Below are positions 28,341-38,828 of a stretch of DNA of 64,000 nucleotides, one piece after another. This DNA is from Paraspadella gotoi (Eukaryota > Animalia > Chaetognatha): positions 1,807,298-1,871,297 of the forward strand of contig CM119264.1 in the NCBI GenBank assembly GCA_051294375.1. Reading direction: 5' to 3'. Numbering within the stretch: position 1 is the stretch's first letter; each line of letters begins with the position of its first letter. Both the position numbers and the translations under genes were made by a program. The notes beneath the pieces are model-generated. The model had not been told where the DNA came from and did not search any database. It saw only the letters and a list, made by a program, of their open reading frames with translations.

Positions 28341-28816
28341 CCTGTAAAACCAGCCTCTTCATTATAATACTAAAATAATAATAATAATATTAAATTTTTT
28401 TTTTTTTTAGTTTATTTTCTCATATGCTTTTCGAGCAGAGTAAAATCTAGGATCGCTTCACAGGATATTTTTTAAAGGCTGATAAGTGGCAGGTTTTTGA
28501 AGTTTATGGGGTATAGTTTATGGTTTTAAATCGTCAGTGATAAAATTTAAAGAAGAATACTTATTACTTAACGATTTGGCATAAATTCACAGTACGTTTT
28601 AAAGATAATAATTATAAATTTGTCATGCCCAGACTTTTTGAGACACGACTCGTGATAAATTTTGCATCCCGCTGTCTCCTAAAAGCTTCGTCATAACTTT
28701 TTAGACAACACATCCAACTCCTCATTTGACATTTTTTTTCCTTCCTCATCTTGCAGTCCATCTGAATTTAAACCACGCGCTCCGTTCTGGCCGAAAGTGT
28801 AGGAGACGCTAGCCCC

Positions 28817-31447
28817 ATGGGCGTAATGTCTCACTCCAGCGACCAAGTGACGTCCTCCGTCAACACCAGCATTCCGCCGCCTCCGCCGCTCCACCCGGGT
28901 GTTGATTCAGGGGTCGCCGCTCCTTCAACCGGCCCCGGCCGACCCTGCGCCGCTTCACCGAAACTAAGCATCCCCTCCACTAAGAATTACCCCGGAATTT
29001 ATGGGTTCAGACTGACCTTGAAATCGACTGATCGAAGTAAAGAGACAAAATCTACTCGATGGACTTTCTCCAAGCCTTTGAACAGGATTTATTGCCGGAT
29101 GGGAGTTGCAGTGCCAATCACGGTGAGTCGTAACGTGATATTAAAACTTATTTTATTTCATGTCGCGCGTCGTTGTCTTGTTTAGAAAACGTCAAAATGG
29201 CAATGATTTTATTTTTATAGTTATCAACCCAATGTTACTTACTGTAAAAAACAAGTTGATTGGCCGAAAATCTTTATTCCTCAGATACTTTATAATCTCA
29301 AATCGCAATATGCAAACGAGATTACGATTTCTCTTGATTTAAATCTCGTTATCTCCAGTTCCGCTGTTCCTCTTCGCCGCCCCCCGATTGCGTCGTCCGC
29401 GCCATGGTCGTCTACACAGACTCTGAGCACGTGCAAGAGATCGTCGCCAGGTGCCCGACGCACGCGCAGACCAAAGACGACGCCTTTCCGCATCCCCTGC
29501 ACCTGCTGAGAGCCGACGACTCACGCGCCGTCTACTCAGACGTCGACCGTAACTTCGGACGCCACGCTGTTGACGTTCCGTGGCGTGAGCCGCAGTTGGG
29601 GGCGGAGGAAACTAGTTACATTTACAAGTTTATGTGTTTGAGGTGAGAATTTTTCAGGGAGGAACAGTTGCCATGGGGAAAAGATAAAAAAAGGGGGTAG
29701 AATTAGATTTTTGTTTTTACTACACATTTACCTTGTTAATTTAAGATTTAAGTTATTTACTAAAAACAATTTTATATGTTTTTATTTTTAAGTGGTATAA
29801 TTGCAGGACTTTCTATAGTTTTATTGTAGATACTGAAGAGACTATAATAATTGTTATGAATTAGTGACAGAACCGTTCAACATAAGCCGTCCCTGAGCTT
29901 CGGATCAGGCTGTAACACCGTGTTACAGGCGGGTGAAGCGCCCCGTCCCTCTGAATTGCTAGGCGACCACCGGGATATAACCCCGGACCTTTGGGTTGGG
30001 AGGCGAATGACTTGCCTCCTGCACCAATGGCCGCTGATGAACGGTTGGTGGATTTTAGTCCACCATAATACCAAAATATTGTTGTCTGCTTAGGTTTGTA
30101 AGCAATAAAACAATATTTTAGCGTTTAAAATTTATAATTAAGTTATTATTACTCTCGTTATTATATGAGCAATATTTCAAACGTAGTACTTGCGTCGGCG
30201 GCATCCATCGGCGCTCAACGGAAATCGTCTTCACTCTGGAATGCGTCGCTACCCACGAGACCCTGGCCCGCGCCACGGCCAGCTTCAGGGTGTGCTCTTG
30301 TCCCGGACGAGATCGTCGAAGAGACGAGGACATTCTGGCCAAAGCGTCGAACCCTTCGCAGTCGGAGGAGGCGGGCAAGCGGATCGACAACGGAATTTGC
30401 GGTACAGATTATAATCTTCTTGAAGGATCAACTATTTATTAACTAATTATTAAATAAAAAAAACGGATAAACCTTAAATTCTAAATTGAATTGATTTTAA
30501 CCTGCTTGAAGCAGTTACACTTTGCTTTCTCTAACCTGCTTGAAAAAACGCTTTATACGTATATGCTTTTAAAGGTTCATTGATTTTTGATTTACTAATA
30601 AAGTTGAAATGCTTAAAATTGCGTATTACGCACGTGAAATGGCAAACAATCTTAGACTTATGTATGGTGAAGACGAATCGGTTTCAAATATTTCCAAATG
30701 ACTGAGATTATTTCGAGTCACCAGAATATTAATAATTTAATTTATCATTTTCCGTTTATTTGAAAATTTATATCTTAATCATCATTAACATTCTCTTTTA
30801 CAGTCAAAACGAAAAAACGTCCTCTCTCTCTAGACGTGTTGGAGGATCGGTCTAAAAGAGTCTCCGCATCCCGCTCCTTCTCTCGCCCTCTTCCTTCTTC
30901 CACTCTACTTCCCTCCCTCCCGNNNNNNNNNNCTTACTCTCTCCACCCTCACCTCCCAACCCACCCTCCACCGCCTGGACTCTACACGGTCTCCACGCGT
31001 CACTGGAGCGACTACGAAATCCTCTTTCGCGTCAAGATGGCGTTGGAATTGGCGCGCGCCGCCACTGAGGAGACGAAAGGCGCCGTGATGGTAAAGACTG
31101 AGAGCGAAGTGAGTCATTCCGTGACGCCGCCGCTGCCGCCAACGAGTCGTCATTATTCTGCGCCGTCATCTTTGTCACATCCGTTTTTGACTCCGCCATC
31201 TACAACGACGACATCGACGCCTCCTTACAACGGAATCGGGTCTCCTTCATCTCTCGTCAGCGACAGTTTCCGCTCGGGATTCCCCACCGACTCCACGATG
31301 AACTTCAACGTGATGGAGCAACATCCTCCTCCGCAGCTGCAACAGCAGCAGCTGTCCTCCGGCGGCGGCATGTTTCACTATTTTACCCGAGAGCGTTGCA
31401 TATCGACGAGGATCCTAAATTCGATCCTTCGATCAACGTCCTCGTGA
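28817..31447 (+). CDS. TP53: p53-family transcription factor (DBD + NLS + tetramerisation domain; no SAM seen)
   Basis: Exons 28817-29122 (PSTKNYPGIYGFRL..TKSTRWTFSKPLNRIYC), 29359-29642 (VRAMVVY..IVARCPTH..HLLR..YKFMCL), 30187-30401 (STCVGGIHRR..FTLE..FRVCSCPGRDRR) and 30804-31447 (KTKKR; LYTVSTRHWSDYEILFRVKMALELA). Equivalents of Zn ligands C176/H179/C238/C242 and of R175/R248/R273/R280/R282 are intact. Orthology within the p53/p63/p73 family is not resolved. Confidence 0.93.
29834..30066 (-). mobile_element. tRNA(Gly)-like SINE family A in a p53 intron (cleavage-site TAA changed to TCA)
   Basis: Acceptor-like stem GCGGCCA/TGGTCGC, anticodon-like ttcgcctcccaa, T-arm ccggggttatatcccgg and P3 hairpin tgtaacac/tgttaca. 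Confidence 0.82.
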
Positions 31448-32874
31448 TTTCTCGAGATCTTTGGCCAACGGAGGCCCATCTGTTCCGAAGGGGCGCGGCG
31501 CCAGGAATCCAAGTGCCCGACCCTTTGCGGCGCCCGGAACGACGCGTCGGCCACGCGAGGGGCGGGAAGCGCCGTCCGCTTGGGTTCGAACGCCGAAATC
31601 TTAGAGTGGAAATGGTCGCGGAACGAGTCTCCAAGACGCGGCAGACACCACCACGATTACTTCCAAGTCTTCTTCGCCGCTGAAAAAGCAGGCGAGATAA
31701 CGCCTCCTGCGCGCAGAGCGTCTCCGCCAGCGCGTGCGTCTCCGCGGCAGCACGTTGCGTCTCCGCTGCAGCGCAGCGCCTCGCCGATCGAAGTAAAGAA
31801 AGAAAAAGGGCAGAGTTATTCTTCACCGGAAACGCGAAACGACGACGGCGATAACGACGATGACGACGACGACGTTTATACAGTCAATGGTCTCGCCGAG
31901 GCCTCTGCTTCCGAATCCATTTCCCTCGCTGGGGTTGCTGCATGCTATGAAGTCAAGAATGCTGCAAGAAATTCGGCCAAGGATGCTGTGCGCGATAAAG
32001 GAGAGGTGGCAAGAGATTCTGCCAAAGCCCAGGCCATTGATGACGGGAAAGAAAGAAAGGAACAAGAAAACGACGCGGCCGATGCCGCCGTTGCCGCGGA
32101 TTCGCTATTGCTTCTTCGTCGGCGTCGAATGAGGAATAATTAAGTCTGGTTTATTTATTATTTTATCGTTTTTGTCTTTTTTTTTCGAATATAAGCTTAT
32201 TAAGCATGCTGGTGATTGTTTTACGGTTTATTAGTAGCTGTAGTTATATAGTTATACATACTAAAATTGCAAAGCTTGCAATTGCGTTTCTTATTTACCT
32301 TTACCGTTGATTCTAATTATTGTTATTTAATGACATTTTTTTTCCTTGCCATTGCTCTGCTTTTATTAATATTAATTATTACTCTGCAAAGTTGCACATT
32401 TGTTTACTTCTAGATTTTGTATTTTCGGTTTTAATTTTTAAATAAACGAACTTTCTAGTTTTTTTTTTGTTTGTTTGTTTTTTTTTTGTTAAGTCGCAAA
32501 AATTAGTCTTGAAAGTTAGATAGAAAAAAGAATAAATAATAAAATTACCTACAAGATAATGACATGGTTAAGTGGAGGACATCGTAACACTTAACTAGAA
32601 TAGCTTGTTGCTACCATCTAAGACGTCATTTTTATATTTAATATTAAAGTAATAAAAGCATCCCAAAACGAAGGAACGATTTGCTTAAAATAATGTTATC
32701 CTGATATCACGAGGGTCGAGGGTTTTGCTCAAGATTAAGCCCTTCTCGAGTCAAGTAGAAAATAATCGGTCCTTTGTTCACAAGCAGTGAGAATTTAACA
32801 GATGCTTCATAAAATCCCGTTAAAAGTCGATAGTTATTTGAAGTTATTTATTGACAAAAAACTAACGACTCAAA

Positions 32875-35636
32875 ATGTCGCTAAAACTTTTCTTATTGTC
32901 GGCCATTTCCGTAGTCGCTGTGACGCTGGCGGACGAGCGTCCAGAGTTTTGTCGGGGACGTGATTGTCCGAAGTATGAACTTCTCGAAAAACATGAGGTC
33001 TGGATTGGGAGGGGGCGAGGTTAATAGTTAACTAAAACTTATGGTAACATCCGAGTTGCCTGTGATGCTCATTGGGATGGGGCATCTCACCGTTGGCTTT
33101 GGGGGCTTCCGACCCTCACTGACGCATCCAGTCACTGGCGCGGTTACCCTAGGACGGTCTCGCTTTGCCAACAGAGAGGGAAGTCGTTAGGAATGTTGAT
33201 GGAACACAACGACTGGGATGGTGCGTTCCCCCTCTGAGCCAAAGGTATTGCATTAACTAAGGATGTGAGGCGGTGTGAAAATACCGCCACAAATGGTTAA
33301 TTTTTTTTTAGCGGGCATGTTAAAATTTAATCCTAATCTGAGAAAAACTCGACTGGAATATCAAAGATATACGCGTTTACTTTATTTTTAATACTCTCAG
33401 GCCTACGAAGTGAGAAAATATCAGTGGAGTCGATGGGCTTCGACCGAAGTGGAGACCTTCACCTGGGCCGCCGCTGCTCACATCGGATTCGGGAGACTCT
33501 TCAACTACTTTTTGGGAAACAATGACCAGGGTATGGTCGTTACTAAGGGCGAATAAAACGCCGTGATGCCATTAATGCGTTTTGAATGGCAGACTTGGAA
33601 CGTATGGTAAAATTAGTAAAAGTTCTATGCCTTAGGAGGTGGCGTCTCTTATATATTTTTGTCACAAACTATTTGTGTCAGTCGAAAATGACGATACCAA
33701 CGAGGATATCAAAGAAAACTATCTTTAAATTATCACAAACGTAAAACTATCATTTATGATGAAAAAAAAAACGAAAGTTAAGAAAAAGGGATGTATAAAA
33801 TATCTTCTCTTATCTGGGACAATTGAGTTTGGGCAATTGCCCAATTACACATTAAGCCCATTGGACATACTTAAAAATAGTTTTACTTGGTATAACATAA
33901 TATTCTACCTCCCGTATTGAGGTCGCCGCATCATCATGACTTCGCCGGTTCGAACCCTGGTCCAGCCTCACCAAGCTAAGCCTTATACAATCAGTTTCAT
34001 GCTTCCCTATGACATCGGAAAAAGGCCTAATCCAAATGATCCCTCAATTACTCTCCGCGATGATCCCGATGACCAAATCCGCTACGTTGCGTGAGTTCAT
34101 CTTTCTAGTATAATTATTCTTTATCATTACGTAATAATATTTCTTAAACGTCATCTCAAGCACAGGGAGTAATATTGATATGCCAACATCATTAATAATT
34201 ATCAATTTTTACTCTGTTGCTTACTTGAAAATATATGCCGTAATATCTGGTAAATTTTATTTTGCTTCTAGCACTGCTTTCTCGAAAGAAAATTAAAATA
34301 GCAATTTAAAGTAAATTGTATTTTGTTAATTTTTGTTTTAATTATAAACCTCCGCCACAATATTATGTAAGATCGTTAATAGATTAGATAAGCTCCAATC
34401 TCTTGAGTCAGATTGAAAATAAAAAGTGTTGCGGCAAAAAATAAGAAAAACTACCATTGATCTTATGACTTATTTTATTTATTTATTTATTTATTTTATT
34501 CATTTATTTATCTTATGATTTATGTTATTTAATTTGTCAGTAAAGGTTAAGTCTCCCTCGTTGTAAATCTTAATTAATATAACTCGATAATTACAATGTG
34601 TTTCATTATAATTGGACCGTCTTTCGTAGTTGGTCAGTTTGGAGGCAACTTTCATATTCTCGATCCATTTTAGCGATAGTTTCTCAAGATAATTCCTCTA
34701 CCTTCAGCTCTTTTTCCGGTCAAGCCACTGAACAGTTATGGGACGAATGCGCGAAAAACCTGACCAAAGCCATTGGAGACGCCCCAGTTTTTGACAGGTC
34801 CATTTTTTTTTTACTATAACAAATTTTTTTTTATTTTTAAATCAAAGTTTGAAGAGAGATTTAACAACGATTTTTATTTCATCGTTGTTAAATCTCTCTT
34901 CAAACTTTGTTCTAAATCAAATCACAACGAAACAGAAAGGAAAAAACACAATGATTTTTAAATCATAAAACCGGAAACAGTAAAAAACGAAAAACGATTA
35001 ACACAAAACAATAACAGTAACGGTATCAACAACAGATTAAAATGACTGGAATGGTATCGGTAACTAATACATAAAAACTATAAAATATAACATAACAATA
35101 TAACAATAACAATATAACATAACAATATAACAAATCGTGTTTTATTTTACTCTTTTCATTGCCTTTTCTAAGACTGTACCAGTAAATAAATAGAATTCTA
35201 TTATTCGTGAAATTAAATGGTAAAAAAAGTTAATCAAATTTACAGTTTGATCCAAGTTAAGCTGTGAGAATATCCAGATGGAAAATTTGACCGCATAAAT
35301 TACCTATTTGGACAATCAGTTGTTGAATAACAACCTCTTCATATGTGCATAATTTAGGAGTTATGAAATGCTTTTTATTCAACAAATTAGTACATTTAGC
35401 AACTTCTTTTATGGGCGTAGCGCGTTTATTTTCCTGGTAAAGCTGTCAGTTTTTAGAGAAATGACAAAAAATTTTCAAAATGTAACTTAGGTAATATTTA
35501 ACTGTATAAAATTGAAATTATGTGAATAAATATTTGTATTTTTGTCAGGTGGTATGAACTCGCGGAATATGATTCTCCTCATCAGATTTTGCACCGACAC
35601 AACGAATGTTGGATTACGAAGAGAAGTAAACAATAA
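32875..35636 (+). CDS. Secreted SOUL/heme-binding protein (HEBP2-like), paralog 1
   Basis: Exons 32875-32997, 33401-33530, 33922-34090, 34708-34797 and 35549-35636 join in phase. Signal peptide, FCRGRDCPKY, YEVRKY..WAST, GFGRLFNYFLGNN, MTSPV, TISFMLP, YDSP..HRHNECW. Confidence 0.9.
33039..33291 (-). mobile_element. tRNA-derived SINE (family D-related) with twister-like core, in SOUL1 intron 1
   Basis: 5' hairpin tgtggcggt..accgcctca, A-box-like tggctcagaggg, and a 3' end ggtgagatgcccc..catcacaggc..gttaccataa shared with 58815-59072. Confidence 0.7.
33092..33172 (-). ncRNA. Twister-like ribozyme (P5-type permutation)
   Basis: Sense: GTTGGC aaa GCGA GA CCGT CCTAGG g TAA CCGC GC CAGTGAC tggatgc GTCAGTG AGGG TCGG AA GC CCCC aaa GCCAAC. 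Confidence 0.7.
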
Positions 35637-36857
35637 TAATTTTAAAAGTCTTGTAATGAAATCAAAGCCGTGACGTGTCCTTATTTGGTATTAAAATCCT
35701 CTAGGACAAAAATAGGTCCATGAGTGCTTATTGTATATTGTCACAATTTAATCGACTGTGTATCGTTACTAAATACAAATAAGACAAATATCTAAGACTT
35801 TTTAAATATAATTACTATAAGTGCAGCTGGACAACGACACGGATTTCAAATGGTAGTGAAATGAAAAGATGATATTAACTAGAGTGACTTCATGTTTTGC
35901 ACCCTAGTAAAAAAAATCTCTCACTTTTTTCTTTTTCAAATCTTAATAATCAAGCTTGCTTACTTTTTTAGCTATGAGCTTATCAATGCTATGGTCCAAA
36001 TTAAAAAAAAATTATTGCTAAAATATATATTTCAATAAAAAGAAATAAATTGTGAAAAAAATGACAGTTTTTTTCACCATATAGTTTATTAATTCAAACT
36101 TATAAAAATAAAAATTTTAGCTTCGAAAAAAAATTACAAAGAATAATATGTGAACATAACACTTTTCAGATTAAAAATAATTGCATTCTTCAATAAATTA
36201 ATAACAATAACAGTCAAAAGGCTCAGATGCTAAATCTAAAACAATGGTATTTACAAGGTCATAGTTTGACCATAAGAAAAAGAGGGTAAATGATCGAGGG
36301 TAAGGTCATTTCAGTCACTATTATCTAGGTTGCGGGTTGTCGTTGTTGTTGCTTCCACAAATGATCAATTTGTTATGTAGGAATATAAATGTCAGAGAAT
36401 TTTTCAACTAATGAAATGATCAAATATAATGATAGTCAGACAGATAGTCAGACAGATAGACAGTTAAAAGAGTTATAAAAACTATTTTATTTCACTGCCA
36501 TTTGAAATCCGTGTAAGACAACAGAATTTCACAATTTCTTTCTTATTTTATTAGTTATAACATTTAATTCAATAAAATTCATATTAGTCATTTTTTTTAT
36601 TTAAATTTTAGTACACCTTACTTTGTTCTTCTTGTTGTATAAGGGGCCGCGTGATAAAACAGAATAGATTAAGCCGTGCGTACTCTTCTTCTTACGAAAA
36701 CAATTTCGAAAGTTCATCTCGTTTTATAATCGATTCTTATCTTCGACTTCAGGTATAAAAACTAAACTTCTGATCAATTTTTCACAAAAACTTATAAACC
36801 TTTTTCTAAAGTTTAGAAGAAAAACAGGAAAACAGAAAAACATCCAACATTTTAAAA

Positions 36858-38374
36858 ATGATCTGGCAAATCCCGCTGGCGTTATTCGCCTTCGTCGCGG
36901 CCTCAGACGCTGAATTTCAGAAACCCAGTTTTTGTCGTGACCTCGATTGTCCCCCGTTTGACACCGTCAAGAAATTCGTAAGTAATTCAATGTATATTTT
37001 ACTGTATTTGAAAAAAATTTGAACTAGATTTTTAGGATGAAATGGTATGGTGGACTAAAATCCACCAGCCGTTCATCTGCGGCCATTGATGCGGTAGGCA
37101 AGTCATTCACCTCCCATCCCAAATGTCCGGTGGTCGCCTCGCAGTTTAGGGGGACGGGGCGCTTAACCTGCTTGTAACATGGTTTACAGCCTGATCCGAA
37201 GCTCAGGAACTGCTGATATTGAACGGTTCTGTCACTAACTCATAACAATTATCAATGTCTCTTCACCTGTAATGATATTGGTACAGCCAATATAAAAATA
37301 ATTCGTTGAATCAAGAAAAAAGCTATCTCTCTCTTACCAACTGACTGTTCTGTTCTTTTGACTATTCCACGTCACTGTTGCCATTCACAGGACGGATTCG
37401 AAGAGCGACGCTACGCCGCCAGCCGATGGGTGTCGACAAACATCTCCGTAATTTCGAATCCGAGCGAACACATCAAATTTAGCAAAGACATTTCCGAAGG
37501 ATTCTTTCGTCTTTTTAATTATATCCAAGGGGACAATGTTGACAGTACGTACCGATGTGAGATCATACGTTATCTAATTTCTTTAGTTGTCATGTCTCGT
37601 AAGTATTGATTTTTGTCTCATGACGCTGACTTTATTTACTAATAGTAACAGTGACAAGCTTAACGTTTTTGACCTGTGAATCTGTAATTTTGACCACTCT
37701 GCGAACTTAACATTTTCCCCATATTTTTAAGTGATAAACAATTATATTTTCTTTAAAGATATATGTATAATTAAATAATACAGATTAAATAGTAAAGCCT
37801 TTATAAATTAAAAAAATAGAAAAGAGTGAAACAAGTAATTTTGCAAATTTTCATAAATAGAATCATTATTTCTCTAATGACTAATTCTATTTTAAATCAT
37901 CAGAACGCAAAATCAACATGACGGCTCCCGTCCGGACTAAAGTGACCCCGGGTGAAGGCCCCGCCTGCGAGACAAACTTGACGATCAGCTTCATGGTTCC
38001 ATTGCACGAGAGGACCCCTCCGCAACCGTCGAAACGCAACGTCTTCCTGCGTAACGATCCAGGCAGCGTCCAATACGTCAAGTAAACGATTAATAGAATA
38101 TAATAAACTATATGTAACTAAACTAACTATATGTAAAGTCGTTAATTATTATCTGGGGCGGTTTTCTAACAGATCTTTCGGTGGGTTCGCTTCGGACGAG
38201 GAATGGGAACAGTGTGTTGTTCAGCTGGAGAATCAAGCCTCCTCCGCCGGCCTCGCCGTTCGAAGAGACTTTTATTACGTCGCCGGTTACGATTCACCGT
38301 TCACTCTGTTTAATCGTCACAACGAATGTTGGGTCACGGCCGCCCACCAATCTATCTTCTTGACCCAGAATTAA
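36858..38374 (+). CDS. Secreted SOUL/heme-binding protein (HEBP2-like), paralog 2
   Basis: Exons 36858-36977, 37391-37544, 37904-38081 and 38173-38374 in phase. Signal peptide, FCRDLDCPPF, FEERRY..WVST, GFFRLFNYIQGDN, INMTAPV, TISFMVP, YVKSFGGFA, AGYDSPFTLFNRHNECW. Confidence 0.92.
37046..37265 (+). mobile_element. tRNA(Gly)-like SINE family A in SOUL2 intron 1 (T-arm deleted, best twister core)
   Basis: Reverse-orientation homolog of 27072-27305 and 29834-30066. Confidence 0.82.
37141..37213 (+). ncRNA. Twister-like ribozyme (P5-type permutation), family A; predicted cleavage between T37164 and A37165
   Basis: GCAGTT(P5) tag GGG(P2') GA CGGG(T1') GCGC t TAA CCT(P2) GC t TGTAA catggt TTACA(P3) g CCTGA TCCG AA GC TCAGG(P4/L4) AACTGC(P5'). 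Confidence 0.72.
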
Positions 38375-38828
38375 TCTGTACTTAAATCGGTTAAATTCGG
38401 ATGTAAATTAATATCATCTGTCAATATTAATTATTTGTCACTAGACGGATGTATTTCAAATGATATAAAAGAATGAAGCAAGCGGACGAGATAGATAAAT
38501 ATATACGAACTATATAGATTGTGTAAATGAACGAAAAATTGATTATGAGTCGAAAAATTTTCCAATTTAGAAACAAAAGGTACACAAAACGTAGGAGAAA
38601 CATTTTATAAATCAAGTTTTCATTTGTAGCTAATAATCCCGTGGGTCGTAGGGTATTTAAATGACATGAGAACATGATGTCAAACATGACAACATGATTT
38701 ACGTAGTTTGTTTACCCGATGACAAATACTGACGTACTATATACTATATAGTGCTACATTATCTAACAACAACAACTTCTTAATGTCGATTTGTCATTGG
38801 GATTTTTCTCCATTATCCAATATGTTGA

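Noticed and set aside
29955-30034. Functional tRNA-Gly gene
   Set aside because: The anticodon stem does not pair, the T-loop is mutated (or deleted in another copy), and it is embedded in a longer interspersed repeat.
31445-31447. Selenocysteine at the p53 TGA
   Set aside because: No SECIS-like element recognised downstream, and the position is not in a redox-type motif.
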